NCBI GenBank assembly: GCA_050273025.1
Contig: CP158635.1
Span: forward strand, 26,040,001 to 26,104,000
Reading direction: 5' to 3'
Origin: Cenococcum geophilum
Lineage: Eukaryota
DNA length: 64,000 bases
Below are positions 14,401 through 27,455 of the stretch, one piece after another (the stretch's first letter is position 1; each line of letters opens with the position of its first letter). The position numbers and the translations under genes were made by a program. The notes beneath the pieces were generated by a model. It did not search any database. It saw only the letters and a program-made list of their open reading frames with translations, and was not told the origin of the DNA.

Positions 14401-17400
14401 ATAATTAGTCTAAGGTATTTTACTTCTATAACTAAGAATTTACACTTCTTTAAATTAATATAAAGTCCTACGTCTCTAAGGCGCTATAGGACCTTTTAAA
14501 CGTGCTTAGTATGCTTAGAAGGGTTATTACTATAAATAAGTATATCGTCTAGGTACGCGGAGCAGAAGTCGTCGAGGTAGTCCTATAAGGCATTATTAAT
14601 ATAGCTTTAGAAGCTGCCTGGGCCGTTATATACGCTAAAAGGTATAATAGTATATTTAAATTAGCCAAAGCGCGATATAAATGCGGTTTTCTATTCGTTA
14701 CCTTCCCGTATTTAAAGGCGGTTAAAGGCGGCGATAATATCGAGTTTAGTATAGATTTTAGCTTAGCTAAGCCGTTTAAGGGTCTCGCGTATAAGCGGTA
14801 TAGGGTATCGGTTTTTAATTATGATAGCGTTAAGTCCTCTATAGTTAACGCAGAATTAAATACCTCCTTTTAGCTTTTTAGTAAGGAGGATAGGAGCGGC
14901 TACTAGGGATATACTAGGACGAATAAACCCTTTATTAAGGTGCTTGTTAATATACTTTTTAATAACTAGGAGCTTATCTTTTAACATTAGGTAGGATTTC
15001 TTATAGGGCAGCGTTTTTCCTTATTTAATATTAATGGTATAGTTGTTAGGTTAATATAGGGGCAGTATATCTGCGCTCTTTTGTAAGTATACGTTAATAA
15101 AGTTATAGTATCTCTTAAGGAGGAGCTTATAGAGTTTCTCGTTGGTAAGTCCTTTTTTAAGCTTTATAAACTTCTTAAAGTCTAAGGATAAAAGTCCGTA
15201 GAGTTCTGCGGGGGTATTATTTTCTAAAAGGTTAACTATATCTATCCTATTACTATAGAGGACGTAGTTTTAATCTTTGTTAAGCTTATATAGTCGTAAT
15301 TAAGAGGCTATAGCAACGGTCCAGCCTTTTTTACGTGCTATACGGTAAAAGGCCGCGGCGCTTATATAGTAGTAGTTAGTTATAGGTAAGGTAATAAGGG
15401 TTTCCTTAGATTAATATCCTAGGGAGTAGATAGAGGTGGCTAGGCCATACCCTAGGCAAGTCTCTCTACAGTATTTAGAGTTAAAGGTTACTTTTCTCTT
15501 TTGCTAGTTAATAGCGGGGTTATATTATTTAAGCTAGTTTATTCTAAGGATAATAGGGTAGTTTGTAAGTGGTGTAATATAGGCCTAAAGCTCCTCCTAG
15601 TGTCCATTTATATTTAGGTAGAGTTATACCATATAGGTAATCTTTTATATAGTACAACTACTATTAGCGAGTTATAGGGCGCGGGCTTTAGTAAGGGGTA
15701 AGGTAGGTAGGTTATAAGTACGTATAAATTAGGTATCTATAAATTTATTAGTAGCTTTATAGTTAATTATAAAACGGGTTTTATATTATTTTTTGGCGGT
15801 AGTTCCCTCTATAGGTAAGACTATTTACTTCCGTTTTTCTATTCTTACTAAGCTATCTATTAAGTAAGCTAATATATAGATCCCTCTATCGTCAGAGTGT
15901 CCTAACCTACGACTTAGGGCTAGGACTTTACGTTTTCCGCTTCCGCGTCTAATTCTACTACCGTTACTACATCTTCGTCTTATATAGTAGCAGCGCGTAG
16001 CAATATATTTAGTGTCCGGGGTATAGAGTTAGGTATTTAACAGCAGCTACTAAACCTAGCTATTGGGCAGTTTGGGCTATAGCTATAATAGCCTTCTTAA
16101 CGGCATTTATAACAACGCCTTAGCTTCTAGAGTAGCTTACACTCTCTATTTAGTAGCTTCTTCGGGAAGGCTAGTATAGAGAGGTCGATATTAGGACCAG
16201 TAGTGTTGCTTAGGGTAGTAGGCGTTAGTAGTTTAGTAGGTCCGGAGGGCTTCTATAGGGAGGTCTTTGGGTAGAGGTTTACAGTAGTAATCTAGTTTAG
16301 CCGTTGTTTAATCTTCCGTAGGGCTACTACTATATTATAAACGTTGTTATAGTTATAGCTAGCGGCTACGTAACTAAGGCGATAAGTAACTTTTTTAAGG
16401 AGATCTTCTTAGTCTTTAGCGTCGTCTTAAGCAAGGACTTTAGTATATTCTTAAAATTTAATATAGAACTCATCAAATAATTTAGTAGGACTTATCTTTA
16501 GGGCACGTAGTTTAGCTTAACTAGTGGCTACTAGGTCATAGTCGCGGTATATTTAGTTAAGGTTATTAAGGACTTCCTAGTAGGACTGCTACTTTTAGGG
16601 ACTATTAGTCTCCTATTAAGCGAAAAGCTTATTAAACAGAATGCCCTTTATTCGTCCAATAATATAGCCAATCTTAATATCTTCTATAGGGAAAAGGTAG
16701 ACGCTCTAGGTTAGTTTCTCGCAGGTTTATATCTTCTAGTAGCTATATTCCTTACGGTCACCCTTAAAGATTAGGGGATTAGGGTAGCGTATATTAGACC
16801 CTATAGTAGTAGTTTAGGTTTAATTATTATAGCTTTTATCATCGCCGCTACTGTGGTAGGGGTTCCCGTTAGGTAAAGCTGCTTAGCGCTGACCTTCTAT
16901 TAAGTATTAAGTAGGTAAGGTTGCCGGGGGCGTAGAGACTTAGGTGGCGTTATATGCAGTAAAGAGGTGTCTAGTATTATTACGAATGTGCTTATTAAGC
17001 TAAGATTATAGGTATTTAATTATACCCTCTCTTTCGGTAACTGTAGCAATAAGTATAATCTCGGCCTTCTTTAATCGTTAGACGTCGTGTTTAAACGCGT
17101 AGAGGTTATCTTTAATCTCTTAGCGTATATTATTAGCAAGCGCCTTATAAGCTTATAGGTCTTAGATAATATTGTAATCTTAGGCAGTATATATCTTAGC
17201 TCGTATAAGCTTTAAATAGTAGTTTTATAGAAGGTAGTAGTATTTATCGGGTTCTCGTGCTACCATTTTTACAAACATCTCGGCGTCTCGTATCTCGATC
17301 TCGATAGGTAGTAGCCCTTTAGCTTGTTTATTTATGGTTATATAGTTAATAAAGGATAAAACATTATTAATGTCCCCTTTATAGTCGTCGTAGTCTTTTA

Positions 17401-17866
17401 AGCTACTAGGCTTCCCTTTAGGGGTTAAGGCTAGGGCTAATAAATTAAATCCTTTTAGGACTAATTAGTGTTGTGGTTTTAATATAGGTATTAGGTTACT
17501 CTTTAAGTTTAATATAGTGGCTAGTAAGGAATTTCGTTTTACTATTATTAATTCTTTAGGAGTACGAAGTAAGGTAATTTATAAACACGCTGCTTCTAGC
17601 AGCGTCTGCGGTATCATAGAGATATAAAATTGGTCGTAGGCTAAGCGTCGGTAAAGAAAAAGGTGTAACGTAATGTTATGGAACGCGGGCAATAGCTACA
17701 AAGCGTATGTATTTAGGGAGTCTATAAGACGTTGCGCGATTGATCGTAAGGGTCGAGGGCGTAAGGAGGTGATATACCCTCGCGTAGCTGATATAAGCTG
17801 TACGTGAGGTGTACGTGAGCGCACGGGGTTCTCCTATGGAGGCCCCTGCGGTCGGGTTCCGTGACA
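11412..17866 (-). mobile_element. Complete Ty3/Gypsy chromovirus B with 193-bp LTRs (11412-11604, 17674-17866)
   Basis: TSD CTAAT (11407-11411, 17867-17871). PPT AGGAGGGGGAGTAG on the minus strand at 11605-11618. RT DDFCSAYLDDILIY (~14530-14580), RNase H, IN and a chromodomain (~12050-12200). Confidence 0.95.
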
Positions 17867-20800
17867 CTAATTTAGCCTCTACTCCTTAGACCTTTAATTA
17901 CTTAATCCTTATCCTCTAGGTTTCTATAGTCGTTTACTCTATCTTTTATAGGCTTCCTTAGTACTACTTAGGTTTATTAGCTCTGCGCTATACTATAATT
18001 TTTAACTTAGCTTTAATTATTGCGTACTTTACGCCTTATATAACTATAGAACTCTATCCTAACCTCTCTTAGCCTATTCCCTTTAGTAGATTTAATTATT
18101 AATCTTAATTACTTAATCTATTAATTCCCTTAGGGCGTTTATATCTTCTATTAGAATAATTACGTCCTAGACTTTAGTTTTAAGTCCTTATTTATACTGT
18201 GCTATAAGCGCCCTATTATTCTACTTTACTTATATTACTAATGTCTAGAACTGCGTTATATACTTAATTACTAAGGTTTGTTGCGTAATATCTTAGAGTT
18301 TTTTTTCTGCTATAGTTACTGCCTCTAGGTCTCTAAATACTTGTATAAGTTACTCTATAAATCCTTCCTAGCTTAAGAATATAAACTATACCTCTTAATT
18401 AGTAGTCGTTATTCTATTTACCTATATTTCCGTAAGGTAAGGCTTAAACTACTTAAGTGCTTTTTCTAATAGGAATAGTCCCGTGTATACTATTTAATCT
18501 ATAGGTATTACTAGCTTTGCTCCCTTTTACGCAACCTTAAAGTATATTTATGTAAGGAATCCTTTAAGCTTTAATTTTTCTCCTAAAAATCTTTTAATTA
18601 ATAGTAACTTAACCTTTGCTACGCCTATTCCGTTAATCCTATCTTTTAATATTATATTATTTTCTATTAGCTAGTTAACTATCTCTTATAATTATCTAAC
18701 CGTTATAGGTTACTATAAGTTAGTGTCTACTATACTAGTGTCATTACCTAACCTTAAAGTAGTTACTGCCGTTAATGGCGTTGTAGTGGCTGCTTTTGGT
18801 GGTATATTGTTTAACTTACTATATTTAATACTATAACTAGGTAGTAATTGTTACGGACGCTTTAAATACAATATTATGACTACTTAGAGAAGAGTTGGAA
18901 GAAGCTAGTTAGTTAATATAAGTATGGTCTAGGATGGAACCCGTGGAACTATATAATGAGGAATGGTAGCCGAGGTTATATAATGTGCTACGTATTAAAT
19001 AAGAGGAACTTACGTACCTTATGTATAACACGTATATTACGTATAAGGAGGATTTTATAGGAGTACGGTTATATATTTAAGGACCCTTAATCCCTAACTA
19101 GATAGTTCCTTCTTTATAGTAATTCTTAGAATATAATTAGAGTTAATCTATTAGGCAACCACTCTACTAGTTATTATTACGTTGTTAACTTTCTATGTTA
19201 CCTATATACCTCGCCTATTAACAGAACCTATTGTAGTACCTACTATAAGGTTCCGTTATATAATTACTACTAGGGTTACGGTTTTAAGAAGTTAAATAAT
19301 ATGCCACTAAAAGCAGCTACTATGATGCCGTTAACGGTAGTAACTACTTTAAGGTTAAGTGGAGATATAAGTATATAAGATACTAACTCGCAACTAGTTA
19401 CGGTTGGGTAGTTATAGGAAATTGTTAATAGGTTAAATAAAAATAACTAAATACTTAAAGAAAGACTTAATGGGATTAGAGCAGTAAAGGTTAAGTTACC
19501 TTTAATTAAACGATTTTTAGGGGAGATATTGAAGCTTAAAGGATTCCTAATGTAAATATATTTTAAAGTTATATAAGAAGGGGCTAAGTTAGCCACGGTA
19601 ATGGATTAGATAGCCTACGTGGGACTATTCCTAACGGGTTAAATACTTAAATAGTTTAAACCCTACTTAATGGAAATATAGACTAATGGAATAACTACTA
19701 CTAATTAAGAGGTATGATTTGTGTTTTCTAGTTAGGTAGAATTCGCGGAATAATTAACATAGATATTTAGGGACCTAGAAGCAATAGTTATAGTAAAAAA
19801 AAAGCTTTAGGACCTAATACAGCGAACCTTAATAATTAAGTATATGATGTAGTTTTAAATACTTACTATATAGGTCGAATGGAATAATAAGGCGCTTATA
19901 GCATAGTATAAATAGGGACTTAAGGCTAAAGTCTAGGACGTAATTATTCTAATAGAAGATGCGGATACCCTAAGGGAATTAATAGATTAAGTGATTAAGA
20001 TTAATAATAGGATCTTCTAAAGGGAATAGGCTAAGAGAGGCTAGGATAGAGTTCTATAGTTATATAAGACGCAGAGTATATAATGACTAAAGCTAAGTTA
20101 GAAACTATAGTATAGCGTAAAGCTAATAGACCTAAGTAGTACTAAAGAAGCCTATAAGAGATAGAGTAAGAAACTATGGAAACCTAGAGGTTAAGGATTA
20201 AGTAATTATAGGACTAGGGAGTATAGGCTAAACTAAGGATCTTAGTAGTAGAAGATGTTTAAGCGGACTCTATAATAAAAGTAATGGTTTAAAGATAGAG
20301 CTTATATAAATTGCGGAAAATAGGGTTATTTTGCTAGAGATTATAAAAATAGTTAGAGTTATTACGTAGTAAAGGGAACTAGACTAGTAGTATGTAATAT
20401 ATATATATAGAGGGACAATAGTGTGCTATAAGGAATAAAAGAATGTTTAATTAAAAGTTTTGTGTTTTGTTATAACAACGTATGCCAAATTTATAAAGAC
20501 GCTAAGTATGGTGTAAGCTATTAGCTATAAGAGCTGGACTTAAAGGGACTTAAAGGAACTAAGGAGTTAGATAAAGAATAAGATTGACTCTATAAGCTAG
20601 ATTAAGATATTATAGTAATATACGGATAATAATTAGTAATAATGATAATGGAGTTAGAGTACTTATTAATTAATAGTGATAAGGATAGTAAAGGAACTAA
20701 CTAGGGGTATTTAAACCTTAATAATGCGATAGAAGTAGAGACTGAGACTGCTATAGAGCAAGGTTTAGTAATGGGCATTATAACACTGTTGGATACGGCA

Positions 20801-23800
20801 TCTATTACTTTATAAGATGGAAGGAGTAATATCTAGAGATGATTAAGTAAGTAGATAACTGCTAGTACTAGCTTACTACTTAATAAAGGCAAAAGGCTAA
20901 AGGCTTAAGATTTTTAAGATAAGATAAAAGATAACTAAGATTCTTAAGACGAGATAAGGCACGCTTAAGGACCTATAATAGACGCAAACTGATAGAGTAG
21001 AGCAGTAGCTTAGTTTAAAGATATACGAATAAGCTTAGGATAAGTGTTCCTAATGGTATAAGATTCTTAAGATAAGATAAGTGAGATTTAGAACTCTTAA
21101 GACGAGACGAGAATACTAGTAAAGCCTAGTTAAACTAAGGCTAGAGCTAAGCTTAAAGTAAAAGCAAGCTTAGGATTAAAGAATTTAAGGGGTTAAGAAT
21201 TCGGAGTATAAATTAGGACACCCGTAATTAAGAAGTAAGAAGACTTTAAGGATCTACTTGTAAGACGCAAAAGGAAAGAAACTATAAAGGAATTTAGAGT
21301 AAGAATTACCTTATAGTAAGAAAGGAAACTAGATATAAGATCTAGTATACTAGGTTGTATAAGGGATAGAGTACCCGTATAAAGAATTACTAATAGGCCG
21401 AGAATAGGTATACTAAGAGCTAAGTAGCTTATTAAACTAGAAAATAAAGAGAATCTAGGGATCCTAACTAGATTTAAGGAATAATATATAAAGGGCTGTT
21501 ATAACGTAGTAATAAGAAGATACTTCCTTATGGATAAGCCGTATATACTCTAATAACTATATTAAAAGTGGTATAGATAACAACGCAACGATAAGTGGGA
21601 AGATTTCTATATGTGGTTGGATGAAAAAGTTATTTAAGACTACTTAATTACGGAAAAAGTGATAAATTATATTAAGGGAGCCTTAATTATAATGTTAAAG
21701 AATCTAGAGGAGCAATTAAAGGACTAGAGAAGTAAAAGGCGTATCTTAGTACCTGTAAATAAAGTCGCAACGCTTAAATCAATATAAAAAAGGTTTAAAC
21801 TTAAGGATAAGGATAAGCCGAGAGTTAACCTAAGACATTAAGTATATTACACACTATTGTAGATAGTATATATAGATAATGCGTGCAATATATATAGAGT
21901 ACTAAAAGATAAAAATTAGAAGTATCTAATAAGGATATATTAGATAACGGACAAGGCAAAATATTAAAATACTAAATATATATATGGTTAGCACCCTATA
22001 GAAGTTTAAGAATAAGGGGACTTAACACTTTAACTAGGAAGATTCCTTACGGAAGAATGCCTAGATGGATAATAATGGTGGGAATGTCCAGAGAATACCT
22101 ATTTATAGCATATTAAAGAAAAGAAATAAACTAAGTATTGGCCTAAGTTGGACTAAGTATAAATAGGATCTAGTAGCTAATAATTGGGAAAAGTAGAGGC
22201 CTACGGGATTAGAGGGAACTAGTAGTAGAGCCTTAGACCCTTAAAGGAATTTAAGGATAATACCTAAACCTAAAAATCAAATGGTAAGATTAGTAGTTTA
22301 AAGTATTAGTAGATAGTGGAGCAATAAGGAACTATATTTTACTAGTAGCAGTTAAAAGAATAGGGTTACTATATAGATAGAAGGAATATTTTTACCTATT
22401 AGTAATAATTTTAGGAGATTTAATAGCCTATAGAGGAGGCATTATTAATCTTAAAATAGGACCTATTTAAATAACCATTAAAGGGAGATAGATTAAGATA
22501 TCTTTTAATATATTACTATTAGGGAATAATAAGGCAGTATTAGGAATGCCTTAGTTATAGAAATATAATCTAAAGATTAATTGGGTTATAGGTTAGGTCG
22601 ATATTAGGGATACTTAATACTGTAAGACGCGATAATAAGCTAAGATAGTATAGTACTAAGTCGGAGCGATATACGAGGAGACTAATTAAGGATTAAGTTA
22701 TGTACTAAAAAGATACTATAAGTATAGTAAGAAATTATGGTTACTAGAAAGTGAAAAGCTATTAGAGTATATAGTATAGGACTATAAAATAGAATTGGAA
22801 CTAGGAATAAGTCTAAGGTTCTTTCCAATCTATAAGCTTACTAAAGAAGAAGGGAGAGTACTAAAAGAGTTTATCTAGGAGAACTTATAAAAGGGATATA
22901 TTAGACTATTATAGTTATTAGTGGGTTATCTAGTATTGTTTATACTAAAGAAGAATAGAAAACTTAGGCTATATATTAACTATAAATAGTTAAATAGTAT
23001 TACTTAGAAGGATAGGTATCTTTTACCCTTAATTAGCGAAATCTAAGATAGGATTGGTAACGTATAAATCTTTATAAAGATAGACCTAAGATAGGCGTAC
23101 TATTAGATTAGAATTAAGGAAGGTGATAAATAGAAGGCAGCCTTTAGGTTAAAGGAAGGACTATATAAGCTATTAGTTATATAATTTGGGCTTATAAACG
23201 CACTAGTAATATTTTAGAAGCGTATTAACAATGTATTAAGAGAATACTTAGATGAATTTGTTATAGTATACCTTAATAATATTATTATCTACTTAATAAG
23301 TGAGGAAGAATATAAGGAATACGTTAAATGGGTCTTAAAGAGACTATAAGAAGAATAGATGCTAGTAGTAATTGAGAAATGCGAATTCTTTACTAGGAAG
23401 ACTGATTTTGTTGGATTTATTATTAAACTAGGCTAACTTAGTATAGATCTAAAGAAGATTGAGGCTATAGTAAATTGGCAAGAACTAGGAAATGTAATAT
23501 AGTTAAGGTTATTCCTAGGGTTTTGTAATTACTGTAGAAGGTTTATAGCTTAATGGTTAAAGGATATTGAGCCACTTATAAGATTAATAAAGAAAGAAGA
23601 ACTATAGGTATGGGGAGAGGAATAAAAGGGACTGTTTAAAAGGATTAAGTAGTTATTTACTTAAGAGCTAGTTCTTAAAATCTATTAACTGTAGTTAGAG
23701 ACAGTGGTTAAAATGGATGCATTAGACTATATACTAGGAGCGTGCTTCCTATAGAGATATTAAGATGGATGGCACCTAGTAGTATACTATAGTTAGAAGA

Positions 23801-25559
23801 TAACGCTACTGGAACTAAACTATAACATCTATAATAAGGAGTTATTAGGTATAGTTATAGTATTAAAGAAATGGAGATTATTCTTATAGGGTATAGAAAA
23901 ACTATTTATAGTTAAGACGGATTATAAGAACCTAATGGGGTTTCTAATAATAAAAGAACTTAATTATAGATAGGTTAGATAGGCGGAGATGCTTATAGAA
24001 TACTATTTTAAGATTTAGTATACTAAGGGTATAGAGAATACATAAGCAGATGCTTTAAGTAGAAAAGCTAAACTATAAAATAATAATAAGCTATTAGGGG
24101 CTTTATTGCAAAGGGATATAGATAGGTTAATTAGGTATAATTATTTAAAGATTATAGTAATATAAGAAGAGAAGACCTATAAATTACTAGAGAGTGACTA
24201 GTTATAAAAGATCTAAGAAGTATAGGTAGAGGATTTGAACTTAGAGTAGTACGAAAACCGAGAAGTAATGTATATGCCTAGGAGTATCGCAAAAGAGTTT
24301 ATTAAATTATTTTATAAAGGACTAACTTAAGGATATAATAGAGCTATAGGCTTAGTGTTAAGACTTTAAGAGGAGTATATTATTAGTGGAATTTAGGGAC
24401 TAGCTAGATAAGTCATAAAAGAATGTCTAGATTACTAAAGGAATAAACTAATAAGATATAAGCTGTACGGAGAGCTATAGCTAGTCGAAATACTAGAAAG
24501 ACTATAGAAGGTTATATTATAGGACTTTATTATTAAGTTACTAAAGTTAAGAGATCCTATTACCGGATAAGATTATAATGTGATCTTAGTAATAATAGAT
24601 AAGCTTATAAAGTGGGGATACTTTATAGCATGTATAGAAGAAATATTAGCGGAAGATATTGCTAGAATCTATATTAAGGAAGTATTTATAAGATATAGAG
24701 TACTAAGTAAAATTATATTGGATAGAGATCTAAAATTTATAGTAGTATTTTAGGAAGTATTCTTAGTAAAGTAAGGAGTTTAAGCAGTAACTTTTACCGT
24801 ATATTATCTATAGACAGACGGTTAAACGGAAAGATTAAATTAGATACTAGAACAGTATCTAAGGTATTATTATTACTAGTTATATAGTTTATATATAATG
24901 TAATACCTTAGAAAGGAATGGGAATATTACTATTTAAGGCAAATTATGGATATGAGCTAAGAACCTTATTATTGCTATATTAAGTAAAGAAGATAAGTAA
25001 TAGAGCTAAGTAAAGAATGGAGATATTAATAAATCTTTATGTAGACCTTATGGAAATAGCTAAGGTGGTATAGCAAAGAATAAAAAAGTACTATAATGCT
25101 AAGAGATCTAAGGGACTAGATCTTAAGGAGGGAGATAAAGTATAGCTACTATATAAAAATCTTAAGAGTTGACGACTAAGTAAGAAGTTGGACTACGTTA
25201 GACTAGGACCTTTCGAAATTGCGTAGAAAATTTCATTAGTTATATTTAAGTTGAACCTATTAGCTAGGATAAAGATCTACCCTATATAATATATTGCAAT
25301 GCTAGAGCTAGTATATAGGAATGTTAAGCCACTGGTTTACGAAGTAGATATGTATAGAGGATAAGAAGAAGATAAATGGTAAGTTTTAAAGATTGTTAGC
25401 TATAAGGATATAGATAATGAAATATAGTATAAAGTAAAGTGGATAGGCTATAACGAGACTACCTAGAAACTATAGAAAATTTAAAGAACGCTATAGGAAA
25501 GGTATAGGAGTATTAGAAGAGAAAAGGTTAGGTAATATTAATAAAGAAGAATTGTTAAA

Positions 25560-26142
25560 GAATAAGTTACCTAAGAGAGACCTAGGAAGAGCGACTGCTA
25601 AACTACTTAGAGTTATTTCCTTTTTTAGTGGAAGAGAATCTATTTTTTTATTACTAAGTTCTTGTAGACCTTATTTTATAAGTTTTTACTCCTTAGAACA
25701 AACCTTTTTATAAACTTTCTTAAGACAAAGTAGATGGGTAGATGCTACGATGCGAGTATCTAGAGCCTTTTATTCCGCATTTTAAGAATACTTAAGCTTA
25801 GTAAGGGCCTGCGTTAGGTTACTATTAAGTTTCGTAGCTGTGGATTAAATATAAGACCCTATAATAAATTACTTAGGGAACTTAAAGACTATTAAGAGTT
25901 ATAGGACGCGTATATTTAGCGTTAGAAGTAGAATAAATATTATAAAACGATTAAACGTTTACTTTAGTACACTCTAAACAAGAAGAGGGTTATTAAGACG
26001 AAGGATTTGCTAACGTAATATAAACTAACCCCTCTTTTAAACAACGAGAATATGGAGATAGTATTATTTTACTAAGTAATAATATTATAGTAATAGTGCG
26101 GGCACGACGTTGTGTATATAAAGAAGAAGAAGCTTTAGGTAT
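25560..26142 (-). pseudogene. Antisense accessory gene of element C (Zn2Cys6-like cluster plus predicted coiled coil, one intron), RIP-mutated
   Basis: RIP-reversed consensus with the copy in E gives C-x2-C-x6-C-x13-C-x2-C-x8-C. The 3' boundary is approximate. Confidence 0.6.
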
Positions 26143-26447
26143 TATAAGTAATAATATTAACTAAATTAATTAGACGGATATTATACCTCTAGTAAATAAC
26201 TTAGAGATGCTAGGTATCTTTAAAGACAAAAATGGAGAGAAGGGAGATAGTATTACGGACGCTTTAAATATAATGTTATAACTACTTAGAGAAGAGTTAG
26301 AAGAAGCTAGTTAGTTAATATAAGTACGGTCTAGAATAAAACCCGTGGAACTATATAATGAGGAATAGTAGCTAAGGTTATATAATGTGCTATATATTAA
26401 ATGAGAGAAATAAGAGGAACTTACGTACCTTATATATAATATGTATA

Positions 26448-26533
26448 GGCCGTCGAAAACGGATTCTGCACCTGTACGTGGTGACGGCTACGAACCTGGG
26501 TCTTCGAAGTTCAGACCCAGAGCCAACGCAGAG
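26448..26533 (+). ncRNA. HDV-like (delta-like) self-cleaving ribozyme
   Basis: P1 GGCCGTC/GACGGCT (G1-U wobble); P2 TTCTGC/GCAGAG; P3 ACC/GGT; L3 TGTACGT; P1.1 GT/AC; P4 CTGGGTCT/AGACCCAG; J4/2 G-C-C-A-A-C with putative catalytic C26523. Confidence 0.88.
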
Positions 26534-27455
26534 ACGTTGCACAGCGCGTGCAAGTAGGACCTGGTGGTTGTATGCGTCGTGGGGCGTAGTGAAAGGTTTT
26601 CGCATGGGATGGTGAGATCTCGAAAACCACTACTGACGGTACCCCTTCACAATACAGCTACTAGTTCTCCTATCAAGCACCTGTGTAATCCAACGTGGAT
26701 AAACAGCTTTCGATAACATCCCCTTACCCCCAATAGAAAGCATCGACGACCTTACATCGACAAATGGGCAACGAGCGAACAAACGAGCAAATATACGGCC
26801 CCTCCTAACCCCTAGGGCGATCGCCCGCGGAGCATGCGGTCACTCGCCGTCTTACTACCAAATACTACCTAGCAGCCTGGATTACGACCCACGGTTTTCC
26901 CTGTCTCCTTTCGACGGAGTGGTGACCCTTAGAAAGGGCCTAGCTGGGGCCTAGGCATAAAAGATACCCAAATACACAATATTCCGCTCGCTTATCTATA
27001 TTACGGTAGTTAGAACGGATGAATCCCCCTTACGCCTTCGATGGCTCTAGGGGGGGGGAGGCATGGCGTATACGGCAATGGTCTATAAGAGATAGCATAT
27101 AGGGGATGGTTAAGATATGGGACACAATGAGACAATAAGACACAGCAATCGATTAGCAGGGCCTAGCTGGGACGTAGTAAACCCCAGCTTTGATGAGCTA
27201 GAGAAGGAAGCAGTGGTTCCTAAGGAGTTCAAAACATCCAAGGAGGCAGGACGTAGCTGTAGGCCCGCAGGGCCGCTGCTATGGACGGACATGGCAAATC
27301 GGGGTTTTTCATCCTACTGAGGTGGCTCATAGGGTTTTTCCTCCCCCCCAGCAGCAAGGGTTTTTTCCCGTTAATATTACTTTTCCCTTGTGTACGGAGT
27401 AGTCTGCGTGGGGCTAGATAGCATCCGTATCAGACGTTAATTAAAGAAGAATTAT
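26448..27455 (+). mobile_element. Non-autonomous non-LTR retroposon (SINE/SIDE-like, 1008 bp) with a ribozyme head and a LINE-like tail
   Basis: 15-bp TSD TATATAATATGTATA (26433-26447, 27456-27470). Interrupts the LTR relative to the other LTR copies. No long ORF. 3' blocks are shared with the LINE 3' UTR. Confidence 0.9.

Noticed and set aside
11414..17867. Twin 63-aa ORFs at 11414-11605 and 17676-17867
   Set aside because: They coincide with the two LTRs of element B and are chance ORFs.
26581..26645. Possible hammerhead ribozyme (GAAA and CTGACG)
   Set aside because: The core is CTGACGG rather than CUGANGA, and the stems form one hairpin rather than a three-way junction.
26385..27320. 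Short ORFs inside the retroposon
   Set aside because: 60-76 aa, overlapping on both strands, no recognisable motifs, and one begins in the host LTR.
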